A DNA stretch of 64,000 nucleotides from Phoronis australis (taxonomy: Eukaryota; Animalia; Phoronida), in NCBI GenBank assembly GCA_002633005.1, contig NMRA01000320.1, positions 64,720-128,719 on the forward strand, given 5' to 3'. The translations under genes and the position numbers were made by a program. The notes beneath the pieces were generated by a model. That model was not told the DNA's origin. It ran no database searches and was given only the letters and a program-made list of their open reading frames with translations. Shown one piece after another: positions 43,283-56,800 of the stretch (position 1 is its first letter; each line of letters starts with the position of its first letter).

Positions 43283-44859
43283 GAAGCACTTGTGAGAAAA
43301 TACAATGTACAAAAGATATCCCAACTATCACTCTTGTGCTACACTTTAGAACGAATGGCATATTTTCAAGTGGACATGAATTTACACTACATACAAAATG
43401 ATTCATCGGTTATATGGTAACACACGACTCTATACATTGTGTTCCTCCTTATCAAGTACACAGTTTAGAGACAGATAAAATCCATGTCTATTCAAAGATA
43501 AAAATTTGAACACCAGGCCGCTTTGTGTAATAATTTTATCTAGAGCTAAAAAGTGAATATTCGTGAAACGACAAAATAAACCCCAAATCAAAATCCAAAG
43601 ATTACTGCACAAACTTTTCACAGTGTTGAGCATTTTACACATGCATGATTCTTTTAAAATCACTATTAGGCAATGAAAGGCGATAAAAATGTGTTTAAAA
43701 ATCCAACCCAGACTGTGTTTATCGTGGTAAAAAAGTATGTCCTTGCTTCAAAAATCTATCCAAAGAAAATGTTGAACACAGCCAAACACATTCCAGACAA
43801 ATATACACGTTTAAAAATATATATATCCTCTGTCACAAACACATTCTTAGTCAATGTCCACACTACAATTACAATATATGTAGACCAGTTGCACTTGGTC
43901 CTTACAATTTCTCTGGATGTATATTTATAAAGCCACAACAGTGGACACTGCAGTTGGCACTAAGTTTCGCCTTTAGCAGATACTGATACTATTATCAAGG
44001 CTAACACATTGTCTCCACTTGATACGTATATTATTATCAAGACTAATGCAGAATTCTTGCTGATATGTTTAATGGGTTCCCCAAGTCATCCTCACCCGAG
44101 ATTCAAGCGCCAGAATAAATGATCACTATAAACTTGCTGATGAAGCACAAAGACAAGTTGCTATTGGTCTCCCAGTGAGAAATCACAAGACAAAATTACC
44201 CCTCGAACCAAACGAATGATATTAAAGAATTTGAAGTTAATCTTAGCATAAATTTTGTGTTTTTCTAAAACGATGCTCACTTAAAAAGACTATTTAGAAG
44301 CCAGACAATAAGCAATAAAAAGCAATGTCATATTGTCAAGATGTTGGACATCATAAAATAAATGGAACCACTGGTCTTGCTGGAATACTAAGACTGGATT
44401 CAGACGTCTTGCGCTTTCTCACTATAACCTACCACAGCCACGTATTGTGTCAATGCTCCCAGAACCCAACAGGTATGGGCAAACCGTTTGGTCTTTCATA
44501 TTTATGCGTCAAGCTGCCGTAATAACTTACAACTACCATTTTCAACACTGTGCTCTACCTCCACTGCTTTGTATAATATGCCAGAACAACAAGAACTACA
44601 TTCGGTGGTTTTGAGAAAGGCTTCAACATTTCTTGCCCCTACAAAAACTGCAAAGTTTCAGACCAAACATTTCCAAATGATTTTTATTCATTTTTCACGA
44701 GGTCTTCAGAATTTTGACAAAAATTCATCAATGTCTTTGAAAACTATAGTAGTTAGACAACGGACTCCCTGCAAGGTGTATTCACAGCATTGACACAGCG
44801 TGACTATCACTGGTAGATATTCCCCTTTAAAGCTGAGCAGTTTCCATGGCAGCGCTTCC

Positions 44860-47800
44860 TTAATCCTCCTCTCCTCCACCGTACATGTCGGCCAACTTCT
44901 GGAACTTTGGTCCCCAGTCGTTCAAATAATCGTAGTTCTGACTGCCATCTGTGGAGCTCGAATTCAGCGAGCTGAGTGAGCCACCTTCGCTGCCGTCACC
45001 CTCGTAGTCATAGAGACGTAGTGTATCGTAGGGTGGTGAACTGGGATCCTCGTCTGCATCCTGAAGACGATCACCAATAAAGTTGCCCACATCTGGCTGG
45101 TCGACTGGTGGCGCCCCCGCTGAAAATAGCATAAGCAATATCTTAAGACAAAAACGAACCATCAAATTTGGATAAAAGTAATGTTAAAAGAATGAGCTGT
45201 GGTTCGATTAATAAAATAATATTTAAGCCACACGGCCGAAATGCATGCATTTAACAGAAGAGTATTTTATGCGTCTTTAGACACCAGTCTCGATTTCAGC
45301 AATTTTTTTGTAATAAAATTCAAAAACAAAAGGGCTTTTGTTTTATAGCTCTGGGCCTGTCTCATGAAAAGTGGATGTAGTCATAAGTCAGAAATTTGAT
45401 CTTATGCTCCTCACAATCGTTTCGCATAAATAATTAAATCCCACTTGAGCAAAAGTGCACAGTTTGAGAATATATGAAGTATTAATCGTTACTGACATAA
45501 TTTCTATGAATTACTTCTAGACTGCGATGAGCTCCTATTCTTTTTCACCAATTATGAAGTGGGACTATAAGACCAAATTAATGTCAACTTCAGGAAATCT
45601 ATTCCACCAAACAATTAGTCCAAAAATTGAGTTTTTTTTACTACCGATAATGTTAAGTGAAGATTAAATACAGCTCGGAGCACACACAAATACAATGCAA
45701 TGTGTATGCACACACAAATACAATGCAATGTGTATGCACACACAAATACAATGCAATGTGTATGCACACACAAATACAATGCAATGTGTATGTACACACA
45801 AATACAATGCAATGTGTATGTACACACAAATACAATGCAATATGTATGCACACACAACTGCAATGCAATATGTATGCATTCTAAATACAGCTCCAAGCAC
45901 ACACAGATACAATGCAATGTGTATGCATCCTAAATACAGCTCTGAGCACACACAAATACAATGCAGTGTATGTGCACCCAAAATCGCCAGAACAAACATC
46001 CAACAATATTCCCATTCCACTTAAAGCATACTCACAGAAGAGTGGTTTTGACTGAACCGGCTCAATTCCCCGAGGGTCGATGGGTTTGCTGAGCCTGCTG
46101 ATGTCATAGGCATCTTGGTCTTCTTCACCAGCGCCCTCTTCATCGTAGTGAACTACGTTCTCACGCATGTCATCATCGGGGTCAACCTCCAGGATCAACT
46201 TCGGGTCAGAATGTCGACGTCGCTGACTCCACAGTGCCAAGGCAAGGATGATAACTGCAAGGTTAAGGACAATGCAAGACGGATAATTTACACATTCAGC
46301 GGCTCGTTAAAAACTCTTAAGGTCATCTCAAACCAAAATTGAAACTCATAGGAGAAGAAATAGGGTAAATCAACTGATAAAGGTATACATTTTCTGAAAG
46401 AAATAAGATAAGGGTTTACAAAAATGTATTTTATATTTATGTACCATTATCATTATCACGTTGAGTCAAAATTTCATTTTTAAAAAAGGTACATTCGTGA
46501 GCACGAGATCTAAACAGTGAAACATCAGATTACCGATGAAATGAATGAATTTGGGCGAGGGTCAGTCTTTCACAACTTGCATGTGTTCCCGAAAACTAAA
46601 GTGCTGGATGCGGTGTGGCAACTTGGTACATTCCTCGCACAACCCCTTCAGAATCAAAAATATATTGTTTTCATTTTCCGCGGCACATTTCTATGCTATG
46701 TATACTTAGCCGACTCAATATTATAGTCACTCAGAGAATGAAAGGATTGTGAATTGTGGGTACAGACAACACTGCACATGCCTGGTGGGAGATTCGATTT
46801 GAGTGCAAGCTCGGTGAACTTTGAAATTGGATATGTAGTTAACAAATTCCCATGCACTTGGAAGCGGTTCTGCGAACTTTTTGTTTCTTGCCACATGTTA
46901 TACAGTTCAGATTTGAAGTTCCCTGAGAATGTTGCATTTACGGGATCTCCCACATTTTCATTTGTAAATATTCCATACAGACAAAAACGCGACACTTGTC
47001 AAACCAGGGATTCAAATGTCGACAAAGTCATTGTGTTTTCTATGAGTGCTTTTGTTGAACTTTAATGGCCGACGGAGGTGCAGCTTTCATGAGGAACGGT
47101 GGCATTTGTGTTCCAACTGACAAGGGCATATTGCTGACTTGCTATGCACCCCTTTAATGGAAATGTTTAAAATAGTGATAATCCCTTGTATTCCACTATA
47201 TGCGAAGCACACAGTGGGTGCATAACAACGCTTTGCGATGTTCTTGTCTGAAAATGAGAGGCATTGAGTTCGTAAATATGACATTCTAGATGCAGAACTG
47301 ATGATATTTTGGGTTCATTCACCAACTGCCAAGTCACCTCATTTGCTAGTGAAGAGACAAAAGGACAGATACCTCAGACGTTGATCCAAACAATAGCAGT
47401 TTCAATACAAAGATACAGAACAAACCCAGCTGTTCACTTTTATTTAAGATAACCTTGCTTATTTAAACAATTTCAGATACATGTTTAAACCTCCTGCATG
47501 CACAGAAGAGCGACCATTCTTAAAAGCCTTGACAATTTTATGCAGCACTGAACAACTAGCCCCACCCTCAGCAGTAATAAACTTAAACACTTACTCAACA
47601 AGACGACAATGGCAATGACGATGGCCGCTATGACTCCACCAGAGAGAGCCTCAACAATTGTTTCTTTCTTGCGGTCACACAGCCTCCCCTCCCAACCATC
47701 ATCGCATGAGCAGTTAAATGAACCATCGGTATTCCCACAAGTGCCATGAACACAAGGATTCCACGGTAGGCACTCATTTATGTCTTGACAGTGGGGCTCC

Positions 47801-50800
47801 TTAGACAGTGTGATGTAACCGGCTGGACACCTATGGAAATAAACAGAGAGTTTAGCAGTTTAGTCCTCTCTTTCAAGATAGCTCTACTGTCATCACGCAC
47901 CTAGAGTACCGTTACAAAACGTCAAAGATTGTGAAGGCAATTACTAAAATACTGTTTGAGAATTTTGACAGAAAGTAACATGATAAGATGACTACATGAT
48001 GCATTACAAATGAAATGAAAAGGTTTGTATAATGCACTGATCAGTCCATACTCCAGTCCAGCGCCTAGAATACCTTCTTTCTGTGTCAGTCATAATTCTA
48101 AGACACAGCCTTTTGGCGTGGTTGAAGCTGAGTATTATGAGATGAGAACTTGGCAGGGTTTTCATAACTGACCAGTCTATGGGCACATAAAAGCAAAGGG
48201 CATGTTTTCAAAACATTGGTATAAAACAATCCAAACTATGCAGCAGATCATTGTTCTTAATTCAACTCCAGACTTTTATTAAGGATCGTGTACAGTTAGC
48301 CGGAGTTCACTCACATTTATAGCACAATAACTGAACAACATTTGCATTAGCAAACAGTAACCTCTGCAATGTTTACATTCTCGAGGATTCAGTTTTGGTT
48401 CCATTTATTGCCAACGTGTCAAAGACTAAAATAAAACTGGTACAGGAGTACAGATAAGGATCATGCAAAAATCCTAAACACATTTTGCCAGGGCTGCACA
48501 CAGCACCATTGGGAAAGCCCGATGAATCTGGCCTCTGCTTGGCTGAAAAACAAAGATATGTTCTGATGATCAGAACAACTGGAAGGTAATGTGGCTGGAG
48601 TTGAGAAAGGACTTTGTGACGTGTGGCTGCAAAAAGAACAACAGACTAAACCAAAGCATTTCATGCCAGTTAGTGCTGTGTCTCTCACTCAAGATAGCAA
48701 GGCGGCAATCAAAACAGCTCATTCCCAGACCATTTACTTATGACCAATGCAACGCAACCCTTTTGCGTGTTAAAGCCTCACCCTTACAAAGTGGCACTCT
48801 GAATCAATGTAATACACTCATACACACTAGCACGCACGAACACGGGCACACCCTCGTGGCATAACTGTTTAGCAGAGACCTAATTTCCACACAAAATCTT
48901 TTTGATCATACTGGGAAACAACGAAACAACTGTGCCACACAATTGGATAGAACTCGACTAACCTGCATTCATAAGCTCTCCATATGTCGATGCACTTCTG
49001 TTTGGATGGACAGACGACACCTTTGCAGGCATCGCTGGGACAACCCGGGCCGATCCGCTCAGCAGCAGTGACCTCTGCAATACTGCTGCGGATTTCTCCT
49101 TGTACCTGATCCATTGGGAACCACTTTCCATCATAGCGGATGTCATTCAAACAGCCTAAAAACAAGATAATTAAGTGAAGGCTGGATTCATGATAAAAGC
49201 ATTCCTTGACAAATAACCCGCCGGCTGCCAGTAATTGAAGACCAGAAGAAAATGATGCAGTGTACACATAACATATGCATCGTTACTATCAATTATCATC
49301 ATCATCACCATCATCTTTGCTATACCGCAGTTCTGTCTTCTACAGTATGCTAATAAAAATTTTGAAAAAAATACCAGATATTNACAAAAACAGAAATAAA
49401 GTAAAATCAAACACAAAATGACAATTGACATATAAGATATGGTGTAATGAAAATGATACATTTTTGCGTAAAAAATTCAATGACATATTTTAAGTTTTTA
49501 TGTTCAATCCATGAGGTTCTATTGTATTCAGTTTCTCTATCCATTTTATAAGTAATCTCTCCAAAGATTTTCAATATTGTTGTAAAAATGAATTAATTTT
49601 AACAACAAAAATTAGTGTGCCTGGACTATGAAAAGTTAACAAAAAACAAATTATCTTTACTTAGCGATGTACCCAGGAGTAGAGGTAAACAAAAAATATT
49701 TTAAGACATCCTGATCACTAAAATGAAATAGGTCACATACTGTTCTGCAGATCCGGTAACTGTCCTCCGCCAAAGTTGTCTTCCTGATTGATGTTGTAGA
49801 TGACATTTCCATCGCCGGTGTCTTCAGCATAGTAGCGTCCGTCGCCACGGTCCATTTTCAGGACGACATTCTTTCCGTACCGTTTCACGGTGATGTTATG
49901 CCAACGGCCATCTCCTACGTCAACACTAGACAGCGCCAGCATCTTGTCGCCACTACCTTGGTTGTACTTGAACACAACGTTGTTATTGACAATCTAAAAA
50001 GTTAACATAAAGACAACGGTTGTTACCCTCCCAAACACGTTTCGTTAACTCAATCCAGTGACACTTGACTTAATGAAGCATAAGCATGGTATGTTGCCAG
50101 GAGGCAACACACAACGCGTCATTTTAAAAAAGCTTGTCTGATTACAAATAATTTTTTTATAAATGAAAGGTACAAATAAAATTAAGACAAAATGTGCAGC
50201 ACAGAGCTTATTAAATTATTCTTTCACAAATACTTTAACCAAAAATTATGAAAAACGTGTCTGACGTCGGATTTTAAAAAATCAAGTTGTTTACCTCAAG
50301 GCGAGCGTAGTAGCCATTGCCGCCGGAAGTCTTGAAAAGCACACCATTGCCATCGCTGTCACGTGTTCGAACCATCAGTCTCATCTCGTACTCTCGTTTG
50401 GAGCGCGTGGCGTCCTGCATGTACTGATTAAGGAGGCGCCACTTCAAGTAGCTGTTGTCCCACAAGTCCTTCTGGATAGTGTCTGGAATTGAAGAACAGC
50501 AGAAAACGGTCACGCTACTGATAAGAAAAAAACAAAAGTGTTATTAAAGTGAAACGACTTCAACAATCGTTTCCCGGTCATTCCACCCAAAATGCTATGG
50601 AGTCGCATCATTACTGTTGATGGTGCAGACATCTGAACTCAAATATTTTTAAGTACTATACAATGTAGTAGGCTGCAGTTTACAGGTAGAACCAGGGTGC
50701 TTTGTGTAACGCTGAACACTCACAGCAAGAAAGTTTGGCTAATAGCAATTTACTTCCAAAAGCTAACAGTCCGGCCTCCCAGATAAACCACTTCAGAGAT

Positions 50801-53800
50801 AGCCATTTTGCTAGTGCAAGCAACTAAGGTCGTATTCTTGCGAAACCTTAGTCCTTCACCAGTGTTATACTGCTTGGGACCTAGAGTAACCTTGCCTCAC
50901 ATAGCGCACCCCAAGGTTTGCAGGCACCCACCTTGTCACTCTCAACTCACCTTTGTCACACTTGTCCCCAACGTAACCAAAGTTACAGACGCATGTATAG
51001 GAGCCGCCAAGGTTGGCAGAACATACTCCATTCTCGCCGCAGTGACCGAACGGCTGGTCGACTGACACACCACACACTTTATCCTCACGTGGACAACCAT
51101 CCTCAGAGTTCTCGTGTTCACCTGTTTTTCCAATGTGGAGGTCATACATCTGCAACAAGACAAAAATGCTTATATTATGAGAAAGAGATATGGTGCATGC
51201 TATCTGCTAGCACTGTGTGAAAACAGTCTCAAAGAAGACAATCATTGGCAGATTTAGAAGTAGCCACCAACTCATAGACAATTTTGGTTTTGAAAAAAAT
51301 GTATCTGTCAAAAGAAATGAACAAAATGTTCCTTTAAAATTAATGCTTTAATGTCTGAAAAATGAGGAACCTTTCACCCTTTTACTCAGAGACTGAGTAT
51401 TACATAATATACTCCTGTCCAGTCCTCTCAACAGATGTCAGGTTAATTTAATTCCCAGCATTACATGATCAAAAAGGACAGTGTCACTCACCAGGTGGAG
51501 CTGCCAATCTGGTCTCAGATTTTGCACCGCAATTTTAATCAGGGAAATCATTAACAATTCAGTCTTCAAGTGAGTGACTGTCATTACTACCCATCACATC
51601 AGAGACAAGGTGGAACTAGTCAACTTTCCCTTATTTTAACACGACTCACAATCACTTCAAGCCTTACCAAACTGTCGTGAATAAAATTCTTGATGCAACC
51701 ATCAAAGCCCTTTTTGGCCAGAGTCGATGGGAAGGCGGTGTTGAGTCGGCCGCCCAGTTGCAGAGGTGTGTTCACGTTGACAAACTTATTCTTGCCCGGC
51801 GTTGTCGCCGACTCCTCACACGACTTACGATCCTCGTCGTTGCCATTACTAACGCTAGAAGCTGTCTTACAGTCGTCAACAACCACACGGAAAGTCTACG
51901 AATAGAACAATGTTAGAAAAATGTACTGTTAATGGTTACTGCAGTTATTAACTAGTGAAAGATAGGTAGTAAGGTGAAATATGAAACAGATCCCAATGCA
52001 ATATTTGCCTAAGAGTACAAAATTACACAGAGTCATGCACTAATGCTTGGAGCCATGAGTAAGAAGCTGGACAAAGTCAACCCTCATAACACATGACACT
52101 AGGTAAACAAACTGTCTATACTACTGCCAAATATCATATAACAAAACCTGCCTTACCTGTCCTGTGCGTATAATGTCCAACTTGTGCCAACGTCCATCAT
52201 TGAGGGCGGGCAGTTTCACCTGATTTGAGCTGTCCTTACCAGTGATGATAACTGAGGCTTGACCGGTGCCATGGTCAATGGTCACCTTAGGATAGCCACC
52301 AACCAGCTCCACAGCTATGAAGTCTGACACTCCATTGGTGGGTGCAGCCATGGGACCATTGTACATGAGCAATTGTTGAGACACTTGAGAGGTGGTGATG
52401 AACTCGAAGCTGGTTTTACTGTCGCCACACTGAGTCAGGGTCGGGTACCATGCCCAGCTTTGGCCGTTGAAGCTATGGTGCGTTTCCTGGCAACGTGGAC
52501 CATCAAAGCCCTTAGGGCACTGGCACCTGAGGATAACAAAGTAACACTCCATAATGATGTGTTATATATCAGAGTGTGATGTCTACAGCAACCAGTCAGT
52601 AATGCTGTTGCTAATCATTCTGAGCCAATTGAACAGCGGAATAACTTTGTGAAAACAACGACCAATCAGTCTATGGCCTCGAAACCACTTCAAATCCTAC
52701 AATACTCATCTTCTGTTGTTACGTTCCTGTGCCAAGTTAATGCCAACATCAAGTTTTAAGATTCATTAAACAAACAAATACATAATGGCTAAGATAAACC
52801 TGATATCATTCAGTTTACGGTTTCTTATGAAGGCACTTTTAAGTCTCTGCAATCCTTTCCAGTTGAAAGTTTAAGTATAAGTCTCCAACTGAAATGATCT
52901 CAGAGTAACTAGTAAACAAAAAAATAGCTGATGTAAGGTCCTTTTCACACTGACTTCGGTCTACCAACACTGAAACCGTTCATACCGTCTTCGGTAGTTA
53001 ACAGACATTGAAGTAAATGGTAGGTGATGCTTTTGTCATCAAAGTAATTCCAAGGTAACACTGCAGACAGTGACAATTTGGGAAAAATTTACGTGTGCTA
53101 ATTGACATAAAACTTATTTTTAATTTGATTGGTTATTATTCAAGGAAAATATAAGCAAGTGTCAGCGACAACACTGCCCTTTAATTGTTGACGGCAATAA
53201 CTTCCTTGGGACCGAAGTTGACCATTCGTACTGCACTGCAGCGTCGATGCTCCACTGTTGAATCCAGCTGCACTTCGATCCAGGACTGAAGTTAATCGTT
53301 CATACTGACTGCAACTCCCCAAAACATCGGCATTAGTATGAAAGGGCCTTAAGACTGACATAATCATCACCACACTAGTACGTGGTTACTTACTCAAAGC
53401 CACTCTTCGTTTTGATACAGGTGCCACCGTTGTAACAGGACGTGGGATCGCAGTTCTCCTCGCGCGTGAAGTTGCGTGCAGCACACCCGCACTCGGCAGC
53501 AATGTATGACGTAACACCAACCAGCGAAGAGGTATTAGATTTGATCAGCAGGGGCTCATTGGTGACCACCAACCGGTTGGTGCAACCAGACTCGCACGAC
53601 TCCTTCATGCATTCATCCACTCGCACCATGGCTATCTGAAGGCCAAGGTCGGCAAACTGAAAGACAAACACATCGTAACAGTGGCCATAACAAGACTAAT
53701 CCCACGAGTGATGATGTCAACATTGTGCTTGCTGCTAGTATCCACTAAAAAGCAGCTTCACACTTTCTCAAAATGTGTCAAAACTAAATAATTGAAGGTG

Positions 53801-56800
53801 GTGTTGTAAACATTGTAACATATGTGAGCAGTTCCCTTGGTTGGGCCCATTCCACTGATCAGCAGGAACTAGATTTTAACAATACTAAAATATTGAGGAA
53901 ACCAAGCTGAGGAGCTGGAGAGTGGACTTAAGGGTCTAGCAGTGTGCCCCACTGGAACGCAAACCCACAACTTTGAGCAAAGAAATCGGACGCGTTTCCC
54001 AATAGGCCTGAAATGTGTTACTTTGCGTGTGGCTTGTTTGTAAGGAAAAATAGCAAACAGATCTCAAATTCTATCTGGAGTATTGTGCTTGCTAATACAA
54101 ATGAAAAGCACTACAAAGAACGGAAAACCAAGAAGAGAGGTGAAGCATGTGAAAAAATGAATAGGTACACATGTTATGTTTCCTGGTACCAAAACTACTC
54201 AAAGTTTACGTGTAAAACAGGTAAAAGTGAGACATTTTGTTCAAGTTAAATTGCATGTGAAAGCATAGCAGCCGAGACAGCCAATGAATCATTGCTGATG
54301 TTTGCAAACAATCAATCAGGCAAGCTAGGAGGTTCCTGTGCCATGTTACCATCAAGCCACCAAAAGACTCCCCGTCTCACCTCTTGTCGGTTGCGCTCCA
54401 CCGCCGCATTCAGCTTAGTCTCGTTGTAGTATGGAGAGCCATGTGCCGAGAATCGTACGTCAAACGTGTTGGTCTCTCCGTCAACATTTCGTACAGTGAA
54501 TACTTTCACATTCTCTTTCTTGGTGCCTAGTTTCTCAGCCAGCAATTCCTGAAACCTTTCCATCTTGCTTTTGCCATTCTCAGGCTTTTCAACGAACTGC
54601 TCGGCAGTGCCACCTGGGTAGGGGTAATGTAACCAGTGGTAAGTGGCCATCATGATAGCATAAAAGTAAGGTGAACTGCTCGGCAGTGCCACCTGCTAAA
54701 GCGAAATGTCAACAGCTTCATCGACCATCTCGAATATTTAATTTGGTACAGTAAATAAACCAAATCACATGTGTTGGACAGGAGTGTAAGACCTGTCAAA
54801 TTTTCTCCACAAAAAGTTTCGGGGCATCTAGTTTTTTTTTAGAAATAAAACTGACGTAAGAACGATAATAGAAATTTAACAGACCCCAAGGTCTTGTGAA
54901 GAGAGTGTGAATCAACAGGAGCTGTAGTGTACTACAACTAACACTTTCATGAACCAACAAAAATCCATCATCTTCAGTTTACAGAAGCATATGGTCAGGC
55001 TGAATAGAAGACTCTTCCCCAACACGAAACAGTGTGTGAACTTGACAACTTTGCCTCTAGTAAGCAAGAAGTAACAGTAGTGCCTACCTGTGACCCTGAT
55101 TGACCCAGCGTTGTAAACAGGTTCCTCGCCGATCAGCTGATTATTGATAACCATGGTGGAGATGGCATCTGGATACTTGTTATCCGACACCTTCACCTGC
55201 ACTCTATGCTCACCAGGGGGCAGGCCCTGCTTCATCATCAGGCATCCGTGATTATTGCCGGAGCCAATGCTACAATATGAAATCTCAGTGAGGACCAGCT
55301 AAACAAAACAGAAATTATACCAGATTGGTTAGTGACTATAATGAAAATAAATCAAACAGTATAACAAGAATTCTGTAGCTGTTAACAATGGAATCTCAAC
55401 TCTACTACCGCTTATGTATTTAGGCCTGTGCGCCTCCATCCAAAATAACGCGCTTTCACATATAGGCAACAGTGCCCGGCCTTCATTCATAGATGATGAA
55501 GGCTATCCTGTGTGTATGAGTAGGACGTTCTACACTAGGTGTTCTTGTGTGATTTTAACCATTTTCAGTACTTTTCATTTCATGGTTAGTGTTAATTTGC
55601 AATCAATAAGTCAATTATCATTGATAATATTTTAAAACTTTTGCTTCTTGGTAACACTTCAAGTACTTTGCACATAAATACATGCAACTAAATCAGAATA
55701 CAGGTTTAACTTCAAGTACATATACAAGGGCCTAAACACCCACTGTAGACTTTTCAAAATCATTCTCGTTTTCATTCATTCTGTCATGTTTCGTTACCAC
55801 CCCTTTCATACGTAGTGGCATAACTGAACACGTTTCACCAACCTTATAATTTTGTACTGTCAAAACGCAATTCAGTCACATTTAAAGCCCGCACCACAGT
55901 ACACGTCACCTACCCAAAGTGCTTCTTGTCAGCCTCGTTAACCAGCGTGAACGTTTTGAAAGGAAGGTCCCAGTCATCAAGATCTGGTGCATACACGATG
56001 CCCAAGCAGATGTCTTTGAACTCGCCTAAAAAGACGTCATTGAAATTGAGCAACCTAAGTGAATAAAACAAACTGATGCTTGGAACATTCCAAGAATGCT
56101 CGTTGGTAAACAACTAATTATTGAAATTTAGGACCAATAGGGGCAAAACAAAGTTAGCTATGTGACTATCACACTTGTAATAAGACATTTAACTAGACCG
56201 CAAATTGGTAATATGCAGAATGTCCCTGAAAACGACAAGTGAAGTTGGTAAAAACAGTTCAATTCTGACAAAAAAGGATAGTTCCTAAAAACGCAGTAAG
56301 ACCAGGCCCACCATGGTTACCGTTGGGAAGTGTCACAAGAGCAAGCCAATATATTGGACATCCTTTGTAAGCGTACAACAGCTACAAGTTCTGGGGTGAA
56401 GCAAAAGAACTGCTGCATGCCAATGTATATTCACGATACAAAGCCTTCGAGACCATTCACAGATTACGCCAACCCATTAACACATCAAACTTCATTCATA
56501 CGGATGGCAGATTGCCAATTCAAACAGACACTATGGGTCGTACAGTAGTTGTTTCACGTTGCAATCCCAATATTCAGCAATAAGCTTCTTCACTTCACAA
56601 ACACGATGGAGAAAATCAATTCAATGCAATTTGACTGCATCTGAAATTTTTTAGTAAATAGATTCTCGACTTGGCCACATTTCCGCAAGTCAAGCTGTAA
56701 TCCACAAATGATCCACGCTCGTTTGTTACTCAATTACTATCAAAGACAATAAAATGAAAAACACTTGTGAAATTAGTTAAGGCGTGCTTTTTTATTAATA

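Noticed and set aside
45615-46024. Cys/His-rich repetitive ORFs on both strands
   Set aside because: Translations of a 28-bp intronic minisatellite.
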